Notes: generated by a model not told the origin, from the sequence alone. Shown: positions 54,116 to 64,000, numbered from the stretch's first letter. The stretch is DNA of 64,000 nt from Candidatus Cloacimonadota bacterium (GCA_963676515.1 OY781061.1:143041-207040); one strand, 5' to 3'. Numbers and translations are program-made.

Positions 54116-55651
54116 TTGAGCGATATTCTAGTAAAAATGAACAAAATTAATAAAAGTTTTTTTGGTGTCAAAGCTAATAACAACATTGATTTTGTTCTTA
54201 AAAAAGGTGAAATTCATGCCTTGCTGGGTGAAAACGGTGCTGGCAAAACTACACTGATGAATATTTTGACCGGTGTGTACCAACAAGATTCTGGTAATAT
54301 TGAGTTTGATGGAAAACCTTTGGAACTCAATTTCCCTGGAGAGGCACTGCAAAAAGGCATAGGAATGGTACACCAAAGACTTTCTTTGGTGGGAAATCTT
54401 ACAATCTTAGAAAATATTATTCTGGGTTTACCTTCCAACAAAATTTGGCTGAATATGAAGGAACGAAAAGAGTTCATCATGAAGTATGCCAAGAAATTTG
54501 ATTTCAATCTCGATTGGGATACCAGATGCGACCAAGTGCCTATCGGCGTGCGGCAAAAAGCGGAAATACTAAAAATGCTGGTGCGTGATGTCGAAGTGCT
54601 AATAGTGGATGAACCGACTACAGTCCTCACCAAACAAGAGGCAGATAATCTCTTGGATACTTTCAAAAAAATCGCTGCCACTGGCAAAGGTGTCATTTTT
54701 ATTACCCATAAAATGCCAGAGGTTTTCAAAGTAGCAGACACTATTACCGTGATGCGTAAAGGCGAGAAGATCGGCACTATCGCCACAGACAAAGTAGAAC
54801 CGATGAAACTTTCGGTGATGATGGTTGGCGAAAAGGAAGCAATAATATTTGATCGCAAAAAAACCAACTCCAGCCAGAATACTATTTTGGTGGAAAATCT
54901 GACTGTGGGTAATGTAGTACCTACTGTAAACAATGTGAGCTTCAGCATCAAAAAAGGTGAAATCTTGGGAATAGCAGGTGTTACTGGCAACGGACAGCAC
55001 GATTTGATGGAATCAATTATGGGGATTAAACCTTATAAAAGTGGGAAAATCACCTTTAACGAAAAAGACATCACTGACTGCTCTGTAAAAGAAAGGATAG
55101 ATGCTGGCATCAGCTATATCCCCAGCGATAGAGTGAATGTCGGAGTGGCAGGGAATCGACCTATTTGGGAGAATTCCGTCTCGAAAGTTTACCGCAAAAA
55201 TGCTTATCAAAAGAGAAGATTTTTAAAAATAGGCAAATTAAAGAATTACACAGATGTAAATATTTTGGAGAAGTACGATGTTTTGCATCCTGGTTTAAAT
55301 TTCCCAGCTATCCTTCTTTCTGGTGGAAATTTGCAAAAGATCATCATCGGGCGAGAAATAGAGGCTGGAAGCGACCTTTTCATCTGCTCATACCCCACAA
55401 GAGGTCTAGATGTAGGTGCTACAGATTTTGTGCGTAAAGCACTTTTGGAGCTACGCAACAAAGGTAAATCAGTTTTACTTATCTCTAGTGATTTCGATGA
55501 GCTTTTCGGTTTGGCGGATAATCTGGCGGTGATGTACGAAGGTAAATTTACGGGTCAATTCAAAAATGGCGATTACGATATCAGCGAAATTGGATTGATG
55601 ATGAGTGGAACCTATCAAAAAGATTTGGATAAGGAAAAGGAGTCTTGCTAA
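54116..55651 (+). CDS. ABC transporter ATP-binding protein (tandem NBDs)
   Basis: Walker A motifs are GENGAGKTT and GVTGNGQ. LSGGNLQK is the second signature motif, and the Walker B is LIVDEPT. The start is uncertain: TTG at 54116 lies 4 nt after AAGGAGG, and the alternative is ATG at 54137. The ORF-track start at 54038 has no RBS. Confidence 0.85.
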   Translation: MSDILVKMNKINKSFFGVKANNNIDFVLKKGEIHALLGENGAGKTTLMNILTGVYQQDSGNIEFDGKPLELNFPGEALQKGIGMVHQRLSLVGNLTILENIILGLPSNKIWLNMKERKEFIMKYAKKFDFNLDWDTRCDQVPIGVRQKAEILKMLVRDVEVLIVDEPTTVLTKQEADNLLDTFKKIAATGKGVIFITHKMPEVFKVADTITVMRKGEKIGTIATDKVEPMKLSVMMVGEKEAIIFDRKKTNSSQNTILVENLTVGNVVPTVNNVSFSIKKGEILGIAGVTGNGQHDLMESIMGIKPYKSGKITFNEKDITDCSVKERIDAGISYIPSDRVNVGVAGNRPIWENSVSKVYRKNAYQKRRFLKIGKLKNYTDVNILEKYDVLHPGLNFPAILLSGGNLQKIIIGREIEAGSDLFICSYPTRGLDVGATDFVRKALLELRNKGKSVLLISSDFDELFGLADNLAVMYEGKFTGQFKNGDYDISEIGLMMSGTYQKDLDKEKESC

Positions 55652-56715
55652 TGATAAAACTAAAATTGATCCAAAAGGAAAGAGTAAATACACAAATGGA
55701 TGTGGGCATTTCGATTATCGCTATTTGTATCGCTTTTATCATCTGTGGCATCATCGTAGCTATCCAAGGGGTAAACCCTCTAGACGCTTTGTGGGTCTCA
55801 GTGGATACGACTCTTTTTAATGCATACGGACTAAGTGAAGTTCTAGTGAAAGCTACGCCTTTAATTTTTTGCGGGCTTGCCGTGGGGATCGCCCTTACTA
55901 GTAAAGTATGGAACATCGGAGCAGAAGGGCAACTGTACATGGGTGCTATGTTTGCCACAGCAGTGGTGATGCATCTGCCGACTATGCCTACTTTCATCCA
56001 GCTGACTGTGATGATCATAGCTGGTGGTATAGGTGGAGCTTTTTGGGCTCTCATTCCTGCAGTGTTAAAAATACGCTTCAAAGTTGACGAAATTATTACC
56101 ACTCTGCTTCTCAACTATGTGGCTATCTATCTTGTTGATCATCTTATTTTTGGTATTTGGAAAAACGAAGATAACTACCCTTTTACGCCAGAATTCCCAG
56201 TACAAGCAAGACTCCCACTTTTGGGTTTTGAGCGAGTGCATTTCGGCATTATACTAGCTGTTATCGCTACTATCGTCATCTTTTTGCTCATCAAATACTC
56301 TAGCTGGGGATACAAAGTAAGACTAACTGGAGCGTCTACTCAATCGGCTAAATATTCTGGAATAAATGTCAAAAAAATCATGTTTTCTATCTTTATTGTC
56401 AGTGGAATTTTAGCGGGTCTGGCTGGTGTGAGCGAAGTGGCTGGAGTACAATACAAATTACAGCATCAACTTTCTATGGGCTTTGGATTTACGGGTATCA
56501 TCGTGGCATGGCTAGCAAGAGCGAACCCTATCGGGATCGTGATTTATTCGCTCTTCATGAGTGCGGTCATCACCAGCTCGGAGATGCTAGAGATGCTGAT
56601 GGGATTGCCTGCATCGATGGGTACTATCGCCCAAGGAATAATTTTGTTCGCCATCTTGGGTAGCGAAATATTTAAAAGCTATAACATCAAAGTGATAATA
56701 AAGGAGAAAAAATAG
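55645..56715 (+). CDS. ABC transporter permease (BPD_transp_2 type)
   Basis: 356 aa with ~9-10 TM. It overlaps the ATPase stop. Confidence 0.8.
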   Translation: MLMIKLKLIQKERVNTQMDVGISIIAICIAFIICGIIVAIQGVNPLDALWVSVDTTLFNAYGLSEVLVKATPLIFCGLAVGIALTSKVWNIGAEGQLYMGAMFATAVVMHLPTMPTFIQLTVMIIAGGIGGAFWALIPAVLKIRFKVDEIITTLLLNYVAIYLVDHLIFGIWKNEDNYPFTPEFPVQARLPLLGFERVHFGIILAVIATIVIFLLIKYSSWGYKVRLTGASTQSAKYSGINVKKIMFSIFIVSGILAGLAGVSEVAGVQYKLQHQLSMGFGFTGIIVAWLARANPIGIVIYSLFMSAVITSSEMLEMLMGLPASMGTIAQGIILFAILGSEIFKSYNIKVIIKEKK

Positions 56716-56716
56716 T

Positions 56717-57649
56717 ATGAGTTGGTATTCAGTTTTACAAGCCATTTTGGTTACTGGTGTCGCTAGTGGTACTGTAGTCTTATTCGCCATTGTCGGAGAG
56801 ATAGTCACCGAAAAATCAGGCATCTGCAACTTGGGTATAGAAGGTATGATGCTGATGGGAGCTTGCACAGGTTTTGGTGTCGCCTTCCATTACAACAGTA
56901 TCTTTTTGGGGGTAGCGGTTGCTGGTGTGGTTGGGCTAGTTTTAGCATTAATTTTCGCTTTTTTGACAATCACCCTCAGAGCAAATCAATATGTAACGGG
57001 AATAGCTCTTACCATTTTTGGTACTGGGCTTAGTGGTATGCTAGGAGAGGAGCTTATCGGTAAATCTTTGACTCACAGTTTACCTGCCCTCCCTATTCCT
57101 CTTTTGTCAAAAATTCCTTTGCTCGGTCCTATTTTCTTTAGTCACAATATTTTGGTTTACCTTAGTTATGTTTTGGTTATTTGTGTTTGGTTGTTTTTGA
57201 ACAGAACTAAGTATGGACTTGCTGTAAAAGCTACGGGAGAAGAACCTCTCGCCAGTGAGATTATGGGTATCCATGTAATCAAAATTCGTTACCTCTGCAC
57301 AATTTTCGGAGGTTTCTTTGCTGGTGTGGCTGGTGCTTATCTTTCCCTGTGCTACACACCTTTTTGGGTAGAAAAGATGACTTCAGGCAAAGGTTGGATC
57401 GTTATCGCTTTGGTGATTTTTGCCAACTGGAATCCTTACTACGCTTTCGGTGGAGCTTTCCTTTTTGGAATTTTGGAAGCGATGCAACCCCGATTGCAAG
57501 CTATGGGATTCAATGTTCCTACATTTTTGCTAAATACTATTCCTTACCTTGCCACGATCGCTTTTTTGCTTTATGTTAACTTGCGTGGTAGAATAGCTCA
57601 AACTCCTAAAGCTATTGGGGTGCCTTACTTCAGAGAGAATAGAGACTAA
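56717..57649 (+). CDS. ABC transporter permease (second subunit)
   Basis: 310 aa, polytopic. It starts 1 nt after the first permease ends. Confidence 0.8.
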   Translation: MSWYSVLQAILVTGVASGTVVLFAIVGEIVTEKSGICNLGIEGMMLMGACTGFGVAFHYNSIFLGVAVAGVVGLVLALIFAFLTITLRANQYVTGIALTIFGTGLSGMLGEELIGKSLTHSLPALPIPLLSKIPLLGPIFFSHNILVYLSYVLVICVWLFLNRTKYGLAVKATGEEPLASEIMGIHVIKIRYLCTIFGGFFAGVAGAYLSLCYTPFWVEKMTSGKGWIVIALVIFANWNPYYAFGGAFLFGILEAMQPRLQAMGFNVPTFLLNTIPYLATIAFLLYVNLRGRIAQTPKAIGVPYFRENRD

Positions 57650-57665
57650 ATAAACATTTACAAAT

Positions 57666-57697
57666 AAAAAAGGCAACTTTCAAAGTTGCCTTTTTTA
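57666..57697. terminator. Bidirectional intrinsic terminator between the convergent ABC operon and the TRIC gene
   Basis: AAAAAAGGCAACTT-tca-AAGTTGCCTTTTTT. The GC-containing 8-bp stem is flanked by an A run on one side and a T run on the other. Confidence 0.8.
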
Positions 57698-57721
57698 TTA
57701 TCTTTAGTACGAATTTAATCT

Positions 57722-58342
57722 CTACTTCTTATCCAATGAAAAACACGGAAAATGCACTTTATAGTGAACGACCAAAAACCTAGTCAGTATCATAAGCAAA
57801 AGCGGCAATAACTTGCTAAAACCTCCCCAATCTCCTAGATAATGAACCAAAACAAAATACAATCCACCACCCACAAGCGATATGGTGGCATAAACTTCTT
57901 GATGAAAAATCACGGGAATATCTCCTACCAATATGTCTCGTAAAACTCCACCAAAAGCTCCTGTGATCGTTCCCAAGATGATACAATTCAAGAACCCGAG
58001 CTGAAAATTTATTCCGATTTGCACGCCCGCCACTGTGTAGAGAGCCAGACCAATAGTGTCAAAAAAGAAGAGAGTTTTGAGCAAATAACCTAGATAGTGG
58101 CGAAAAATCACTGCTATGAAGCTACCCGCCAAGATTGCGTACAGATAACCAACCTCAGCAAGCCAAAAGACAGATTTACCGTCTATCATAATGTCCCGCA
58201 GAGTGCCTCCACCCGTAGCTGTTACAAAAGCGATAATAAGCACTCCGAAAGCATCAAATTTCTTCTGCATAGCAGTCAAAGCTCCCGAAATAGCGAAAAT
58301 AAAAGCTCCCAACACGCTGATATAGTTTAAAATTATTTCCAT
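57722..58342 (-). CDS. TRIC/UPF0126-family cation channel
   Basis: 206 aa with 7 TM. Two internal repeats each carry a G-G-x-L-R-D motif (TGGGTLRDI, AFGGVLRDI). Confidence 0.7.
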   Translation of the reverse strand: MEIILNYISVLGAFIFAISGALTAMQKKFDAFGVLIIAFVTATGGGTLRDIMIDGKSVFWLAEVGYLYAILAGSFIAVIFRHYLGYLLKTLFFFDTIGLALYTVAGVQIGINFQLGFLNCIILGTITGAFGGVLRDILVGDIPVIFHQEVYATISLVGGGLYFVLVHYLGDWGGFSKLLPLLLMILTRFLVVHYKVHFPCFSLDKK

Positions 58343-58367
58343 TTTTTATTTAGTTTCCTTCATCTTC

Positions 58368-58406
58368 AAAAAAAACACGCTCTACCGAATTTATCAGCAG
58401 AGCGGT
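58368..58406 (-). terminator. Intrinsic terminator after the DUF1015 gene
   Basis: The minus strand reads CGCUCU-gcugauaaauucggu-AGAGCG followed by UGUUUUUUUU. Confidence 0.65.
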
Positions 58407-58425
58407 ATTTTAAAATATAAATATC

Positions 58426-59679
58426 TTAGTCTAAGATGTTCACTACCAAACCTGATCTAAGCTTAGGCTCAAACCATGTAGATTTGGGAGGCATAATCTT
58501 GCCAGCATCGGCGATATCCATAAGTTGCTTGATAGATGTAGGATAAAGAGCAAAAGCTACTGCTTCGCCTTTGTCCACTCTACCAGATAACTCCTTCAGA
58601 CCTCTAATGCCACCGACAAAGTCAATCCTATCACTAGTTTTGGGGTCTTGAATATCTAACACTGGAGTCAACAAATTATCTTGCAAAATAGCTGTATCCA
58701 AAACGCCGATCACGCTACTAGTGTCGATGATTTCTGGCTTTGCGGTGAGCTTGTACCAGCTCCCGTCCAGATACATAGAGTATTCGTGCAACTTGCTCGG
58801 TTTTTGCTCACTGCTGAGTTTTTCCACTGCGAATTTTTTCTTAGTTTCAGCCAAAAAATCGTCAACAGATAATCCGTTAAGGTCTTGCACGATCCTATTG
58901 TAATCCATAATGTACAAGTGACTAGCTGGGAAAAGCACAGACAAGAAGAAATTATACCCTTCATCACCAGTGTGATTAGGATTAGCTTTTCTATGACGGG
59001 CCCCTACGATAGCAGCACTGGCTGAGCGATGGTGTCCATCGGCAACATACAAGTATTTAGTCTTGGCAAAGCTGCTTTCCAATGCTGAAACGGTCTTGGC
59101 ATCGCTAATCTTCCAAAGCGTGTGTTGCACGCCATCACCACAATCGAAATCGTACAAAGGTTTGTCTTCCATCACTTTAGCTACCATTGCATCGACATCA
59201 GCTTGGTCACGATAAGTAAGGAAAATAGGACCAGCGTTAGCGTTCTGAGTTTCGACATGTTTTACTCTATCTGCCTCTTTGTCAGAGCGAGTCTTCTCAT
59301 GTTTTTTGATGATGTCGTTTTCGTAGTCTTCTACAGAAGCTCCTACCACCAAGCCAACTTGGCTGACATTGCCCCAAACCAACTTGTAAACATACATAGT
59401 AGGCTGCTCATCGCGAACAAGAGTGCCCTCTTCCAAGAATCGATAAAGGTTCTCTTTACCTTTTTGATAAACAGGATCCGAATACAGATCCACACCATCT
59501 GGAAGGTCTATTTCTGGTTTTACTACATGCAAAAAGCTATAAGGATTCCCCTTAGCTTCTACTTTCGCTTCCGCAGAATTTAGCACATCGTATGGGCGTG
59601 ATGCCACCTTTTCAACTTTGTCCAGAGCAGGTCTTACTCCTCTGATTCCTCTGATTTTAGCCATCTGAATCTCCTTCAA
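58426..59679 (-). CDS. DUF1015-domain protein
   Basis: 417 aa. The N-terminus (IRGIRGVRP), the ADGHHR block and the overall length match my recollection of DUF1015. The start may be Met6. Confidence 0.65.
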   Translation of the reverse strand: MKEIQMAKIRGIRGVRPALDKVEKVASRPYDVLNSAEAKVEAKGNPYSFLHVVKPEIDLPDGVDLYSDPVYQKGKENLYRFLEEGTLVRDEQPTMYVYKLVWGNVSQVGLVVGASVEDYENDIIKKHEKTRSDKEADRVKHVETQNANAGPIFLTYRDQADVDAMVAKVMEDKPLYDFDCGDGVQHTLWKISDAKTVSALESSFAKTKYLYVADGHHRSASAAIVGARHRKANPNHTGDEGYNFFLSVLFPASHLYIMDYNRIVQDLNGLSVDDFLAETKKKFAVEKLSSEQKPSKLHEYSMYLDGSWYKLTAKPEIIDTSSVIGVLDTAILQDNLLTPVLDIQDPKTSDRIDFVGGIRGLKELSGRVDKGEAVAFALYPTSIKQLMDIADAGKIMPPKSTWFEPKLRSGLVVNILD

Positions 59680-59683
59680 ACAA

Positions 59684-60388
59684 TTATATTTTTTCTAAAC
59701 TTTTAGATTTTATCCAACCCACAAACCCTTGTTCAAGTTTAATCTTACTCCAATCATTCTCTTGTTGTAGCACAGAAAACTTATTACCCTGGTGTATTGT
59801 AAATACCTGCTTATTATCCCCTGATGGTCCGCTATATCCTACCGCTTGCTCTGCCATTAGCACCGCTTGCCTACTCATCGCTCGGTGTTGATGATAAGTA
59901 AAAAATCCAAGCACAAAACAAAGCAAAAGAACAAACACCGCAAAATAAACACTACGAGGACGATAAACAGACAAAATCCACAGCAAACCAAAAAGGACAA
60001 AACCACTCAGCAAAGCAATTGCCAAAAAATTAAGCGAAAGGAAGCGAACAACCTTCACCCAAGCTTTCTCTATGGCGGTAAGTTTTGCGGGTTTATCCAG
60101 TAGACTTTTTTCTACTATCTGCAAATTTTTCTCTATCTGCCACGAACCAGGGCTGAGCCTCACAGCACGATGATAGTACAATACAGCTTTCCCCAGCTCC
60201 CCAAGGCGATAATAACAATTGCCAATATTGTAATAAACATCAGCATTCTTAGGCAAACTAAGATACTCCTGCAAAGCCGCTTGGTACTTCTTTTGGGTAT
60301 AATATTTGCCAGCCAAATCTACAGAGCCAAAAGCAAAGCCAGCTGTAATAAAACAGAAAAATAAAACGCTAAATATTATCTTTTTCAT
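59684..60388 (-). CDS. BatE-like envelope protein (signal peptide, TPR, two TM helices, C-terminal SH3b)
   Basis: 234 aa. It has a TPR unit (YYNIGNCYYRLGELGKAVLYYHRAVRL), two hydrophobic helices, and a C-terminal DWSKIKLEQGFVGWIKSKSL SH3-like tail. Confidence 0.55.
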   Translation of the reverse strand: MKKIIFSVLFFCFITAGFAFGSVDLAGKYYTQKKYQAALQEYLSLPKNADVYYNIGNCYYRLGELGKAVLYYHRAVRLSPGSWQIEKNLQIVEKSLLDKPAKLTAIEKAWVKVVRFLSLNFLAIALLSGFVLFGLLWILSVYRPRSVYFAVFVLLLCFVLGFFTYHQHRAMSRQAVLMAEQAVGYSGPSGDNKQVFTIHQGNKFSVLQQENDWSKIKLEQGFVGWIKSKSLEKI

Positions 60389-63194
60389 AAGTTAACCCCA
60401 ACATAAAAGTTATTTTTTTTAGCAAATTTTCAGTCAAGTTATTTTTCACTTTATCAAATATTATTTTAGCTTTCCCTGGTTGTTTTAGATAATAGTAGCA
60501 ATAGATAGCCTTTATGTTTGCTTGTAATACCAACTCTTGTCTATCAGGAAATAAATAAGCGGTTTTCAAAAATTCTACTACCGCTTTTTGGTACTCCTTT
60601 TGTTCATAAAAAAACAGTCCCGAAAGATATCCAGCAGTACTTACTACCTTTTCGTGCTTGCTGCTAAAGAGCTGATTTATTATTTCATTAGCCTTCACAA
60701 AATCTTTTGTCTTGAGAAGATATTCAACTTTGTAGATGTTCGCTTGTTGCAGATACAGCTGATCGGCAAAAGTGGAGTACTGTGCAAATTTGCTCTGAAA
60801 GATAGGGCTTTCGGTCATTGACAAAAACCGTAAATACTCTAACCAAACTTGCTGATTTTGCCCCTTGAGAGCACCCGCCTGCAACTTGCTCAAAGCACCC
60901 AAAGTGTCTTTTTGATTTAACTTTAGCTTCGCCCAATTCAAGACGACTTGCGGATCGTCCGTCTGGCAAACACTATAAACATTATCGGCTTTCTTGTATT
61001 CGCCTAACTCTATGTAATTTTTTGCCAAGAGCAAATTTACCTGCAAATCTTGAGGTCTAATAGAAAGGAATTTTTGACACGAATTGACCGCTTTATCGGG
61101 CAACTTATTGTTTTGGAAATACTCAATCTCTGTGTGTAGGAGCTGAAGTCTAAAAGCTTTGTCTTGGGAGCTTGCAAAAAGAGCAGAAAGCTCCTTGGCT
61201 ACATCTATTGTCGAATCGCAAGCAGCTGCCCACACCAAACCTTCCAAACCCTCTTGCAAAAGTTTACTCTTGGGCAAGATCAGCTTTTTGTAGTAAACTA
61301 TCGACTGCAAATAGTCTCCACCGTTGTAGTAGCAGTTGGCTATAGAAAAATGCAAATCGGGATTTTCCTTTTTTATTTTGCTCTCGTACAAAACGAAGTA
61401 TTTGACCGCACTCTGGTAATCTTCTTTGGCAAAATAGATGTTGGCGATGTCCAAAAGGTAATCTGATGCCTTGTCTTTTTCGTACAACTCTTGGTAAATT
61501 TGCAAAGCTTTATCGTACTCTTGTCCATTATAATACACGGAGGCAATCCGAAGATTTACCTCGGTTTTATTAGCATTTTTAGCTTCCAGAGCTTTTTGAT
61601 AATTTTCCAGAGCCATCTCTAATTTCTGCTGGTCAAAGTAAATATCACCTTGCAAAAGATATTTTTCATAAAGGTTTACTTTCTTTACTTTTGCCAAATA
61701 CTCCGCAGCTTTTTTCAAATTTCCCAATTTATAATTGACCGCCGCCAAGCGAGAATAAGCACTTTCCGACTTTTCGTATTGCAAAAATTTCAAAAAATAA
61801 TCGTTCGCCTGTGCAAACTTTTTCTGGGCAAAATCTATTTCACCTAGATAAAAGTAAGAGCTTGCAACCTTGAGAGATTTGGGAAAGTCGCCTATGACTT
61901 TGTGGAAATTTTCTCTAGATTTAGCAAATTTGTCCAAACGATAATTAATCAATCCCAATTTGTAATAAGCTTGATCGGCAAATTGTTCGCCTTTTTCCAG
62001 ATAGCCTTGATAAGCAGAAATGGCTAAAACTAAGCTGTCTTGAGCAAATAAGCTCTCTGCATATAAAAACAAAGCGTCCGCAAGCAATTGCTTACTAAGA
62101 GGATGAGACAAAGATTTCTTGAGATAAAACTCAGATTTTTGGTACTTCTCCAGATTGAAATAGTTCCAACCGATAAGGTAGAAGGCAGAACCAGAAAATC
62201 TGTGTGAGGGATGATCTTGGACAAACTTTTTCAAATCATAAACGGCGTTCATTGGCGAAATTTTCGATTTCATCTTCGCTAAATAGAAACTGCTATTAGC
62301 TGCTATTTCGGAGTTTGCCGAGTTTTGCAAAGCAGAAAATATTTTTTTTGCTTCCTCTTCTTTCTCTTCCGCGAGCAAAGATACCCCTAAATAGAAACGA
62401 GCTCGAGGATTTTCCAAATCTTGCAAAATTTCTATGGCTCTTTGGTAATTCGCCAGATTGTAATGAGCTATACCCAAGACGGTGTTATAGTTGTTTTGCT
62501 CTTTGCTCTCCAGATTGGCAAGCTCTACACTAATAGTTATTACCTCTTTATACGACTCAGCACCCAACAAATAAGACAAATAGTTAAGCAAATTTTTGCC
62601 ATACTCCTTATCTTTAACCGAGTTCTCTATCTCTGCACGAGCCTTTTCGGGAGATTTTAGTGCCAAATAGCTCAAAACCAGCTGAGCTCTAGCATAGCCA
62701 GTAGGCTTCGCACGCAAAGAGTTTTGACTCTGCACCACACTTTGGATGAAATCTTCCCGACGGTAAGCTATCAGGGCTAAATAATAATAAACCTGCTCCT
62801 TTTTGCTTTTGTAAGAGTAGCCACTCAATAGCGACTTAGCTTTGGGGAACTCTTGTAAAAAATAGTAGCATTTGGCTTTCCCTAGACATACCTTGTCGTC
62901 GAACTCGGGTAAAAGTTTCTCCACCTCTTGATATTTTTGCAAAGCTTGCTCATAATCTTGGAGGTTAAAATAAACCTCTGCCAAGAGATATTTGGCTTTA
63001 GAACTATGGTCGCCACGAGGATATTTTTGCAAAAACTTCAAAAGCTCGGTTTTGGCAAGAGAGTAATTTTGATCCGAGCATAAACCCAAAATAAATTGCA
63101 AATCTTGCTTTTGTCCTGCAAACAAAGAGAACGCAAAAAAAGCACAAAATAGCAAAGTTAATTTTCTCATTTTTATCTTCCTCCTGACTTGCAA
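60369..63194 (-). CDS. Very large secreted tetratricopeptide-repeat protein
   Basis: 941 aa with a signal peptide (the likely start is Met9 at 63170). More than 15 TPR-like 34-aa units run through the whole protein. Confidence 0.7.
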   Translation of the reverse strand: MQVRRKIKMRKLTLLFCAFFAFSLFAGQKQDLQFILGLCSDQNYSLAKTELLKFLQKYPRGDHSSKAKYLLAEVYFNLQDYEQALQKYQEVEKLLPEFDDKVCLGKAKCYYFLQEFPKAKSLLSGYSYKSKKEQVYYYLALIAYRREDFIQSVVQSQNSLRAKPTGYARAQLVLSYLALKSPEKARAEIENSVKDKEYGKNLLNYLSYLLGAESYKEVITISVELANLESKEQNNYNTVLGIAHYNLANYQRAIEILQDLENPRARFYLGVSLLAEEKEEEAKKIFSALQNSANSEIAANSSFYLAKMKSKISPMNAVYDLKKFVQDHPSHRFSGSAFYLIGWNYFNLEKYQKSEFYLKKSLSHPLSKQLLADALFLYAESLFAQDSLVLAISAYQGYLEKGEQFADQAYYKLGLINYRLDKFAKSRENFHKVIGDFPKSLKVASSYFYLGEIDFAQKKFAQANDYFLKFLQYEKSESAYSRLAAVNYKLGNLKKAAEYLAKVKKVNLYEKYLLQGDIYFDQQKLEMALENYQKALEAKNANKTEVNLRIASVYYNGQEYDKALQIYQELYEKDKASDYLLDIANIYFAKEDYQSAVKYFVLYESKIKKENPDLHFSIANCYYNGGDYLQSIVYYKKLILPKSKLLQEGLEGLVWAAACDSTIDVAKELSALFASSQDKAFRLQLLHTEIEYFQNNKLPDKAVNSCQKFLSIRPQDLQVNLLLAKNYIELGEYKKADNVYSVCQTDDPQVVLNWAKLKLNQKDTLGALSKLQAGALKGQNQQVWLEYLRFLSMTESPIFQSKFAQYSTFADQLYLQQANIYKVEYLLKTKDFVKANEIINQLFSSKHEKVVSTAGYLSGLFFYEQKEYQKAVVEFLKTAYLFPDRQELVLQANIKAIYCYYYLKQPGKAKIIFDKVKNNLTENLLKKITFMLGLTYEKDNI

Positions 63195-63200
63195 CGATAC

Positions 63201-63974
63201 TTAAATAATTTCTTTTATCTGAGCAGTCAAATTAACAAAGTCGGCTTCGGTCAACTTCTCTCCACGCAGAGTAAGGTCAAAGTCTAGCTTTTCCAACTTT
63301 TCTTTGGGCAATAGCTGTTTTAAATTCACTCTGAGCATCTTACGACGACTAACAAAAGCCAAATCAATAATCTTCATAAAAAGTTCTATGTCCACCACTT
63401 CGGGGCGGTCTTTCCTCGGTAAAGCTTGGATGACCGCAGAATCCACTCGTGGTTGTGGATAAAAGGAGGTTCTGTTGACATCCAGAACTTTCTTTACATC
63501 GAAATAGTACTGCATCTTCAAACTTAGTCGTCCGTAAATTTTACTCCCTGCAGATGCCACAATCCTCTCTGCCACCTCTTTTTGGATCATTATCGTCAGT
63601 GCAGAGAAAAGGTCGATATTTTTTACAACCTTGAACAAAAAAGGCGAAGTGATATTATAAGGCAAATTGGCAACAATTTTTAAATTCTTGGGGCAAATCT
63701 TTCGCCAATCTTGCTTTAAGATATCGCCTTTGACCAGCGTTATTTGTTTGCCAAATTTCTTTTGCAAATGATCTTGCAAATCATAATCTATCTCAAATAC
63801 TGTAAGGTTAACTTTTTTTTGCAAAAGAGCTGCGGTAAGCACCCCTTGACCTCCTCCTATTTCCCAAACATCATCGCCAGGACTCACTTTGGCACTTTCC
63901 ACTATTTTGTCTATTACAGACATGTCTTGCAAAAAGTTTTGTCCGAACCTTTTTTTAAATTTGTGCTTCACCAA
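63201..63974 (-). CDS. rsmA: 16S rRNA (adenine1518/1519-N6)-dimethyltransferase
   Basis: 257 aa. Motifs are RFGQNFL, EIGGGQGVLT and ANLPYNITS. Confidence 0.9.
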   Translation of the reverse strand: MVKHKFKKRFGQNFLQDMSVIDKIVESAKVSPGDDVWEIGGGQGVLTAALLQKKVNLTVFEIDYDLQDHLQKKFGKQITLVKGDILKQDWRKICPKNLKIVANLPYNITSPFLFKVVKNIDLFSALTIMIQKEVAERIVASAGSKIYGRLSLKMQYYFDVKKVLDVNRTSFYPQPRVDSAVIQALPRKDRPEVVDIELFMKIIDLAFVSRRKMLRVNLKQLLPKEKLEKLDFDLTLRGEKLTEADFVNLTAQIKEII

Positions 63975-64000
63975 GCAAGACCATAATAAGCAAAAGCCAG

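Overview
64-kb chromosomal window from a low-GC bacterium. It looks diderm (LpxH-like lipid A gene, DUF374, BatE-like and TPR envelope proteins), but the housekeeping synteny is Firmicute/Spirochaete-like (rny-ymdB; infC-rpmI-rplT-pheS-pheT-zapA). I cannot assign a taxon from the sequence alone. There are about 60 protein genes and 2 tRNAs. Nearly everything from 1.6 to 49.6 kb lies on the minus strand in long, tightly packed operons. Contents from left to right: (i) A nest of IS fragments. An IS256-family copy has a 376-codon transposase ORF that runs off the window edge and is therefore missing from the supplied ORF track. It is inserted into a second copy, which abuts an IS30 transposase remnant. 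(ii) A very AT-rich 5.5-kb island that looks like envelope glycosylation (GtrB-like GT2, GT-C-like membrane protein, flippase-like protein, radical SAM/SPASM, methyltransferase), joined without a spacer to nadB-nadA-nadC. (iii) Citrate synthase, dut, polyprenyl synthase, xseB and an M23 peptidase. (iv) An ~11-kb operon that reads like an ectoine/diaminobutyrate-type compatible-solute catabolic module: DABA-type aminotransferase, canonical Asd, M20 amidohydrolase, TRAP transporter, DoeA-like M24 hydrolase, EutA-like racemase-fold protein, IclR regulator, aspartate kinase. (v) lpxH-MATE-folD-ymdB-rny, then a ~140-165-nt structured RNA candidate downstream of zapA, then pheST-rplT-rpmI-infC (infC uses an AUU start). 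(vi) A 1636-aa BspA/DUF285 LRR lipoprotein with an internal duplication of 807-bp period. (vii) tRNA-Arg(ACG), acpS and tRNA-Ser(GGA). (viii) An ArsR-headed thiol-redox/permease cassette containing a CcdA::DUF318 fusion. (ix) Two tandem phosphofructokinase paralogues, a GLUG-repeat secreted protein, DUF374, an orphan AddB-like PD-(D/E)XK protein, a BMP/ABC nucleoside-type transporter, a TRIC channel, DUF1015, BatE-like and giant TPR proteins, and rsmA. I saw no CRISPR array, rRNA gene, or recognisable defence or toxin system. The most novel-looking items are the ectoine-like operon wired to canonical Asd/Ask, the AT-rich glycosylation island containing a radical SAM enzyme, and the CcdA::permease fusion. 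All functional calls come from motif and architecture recognition by eye, not from database searches.
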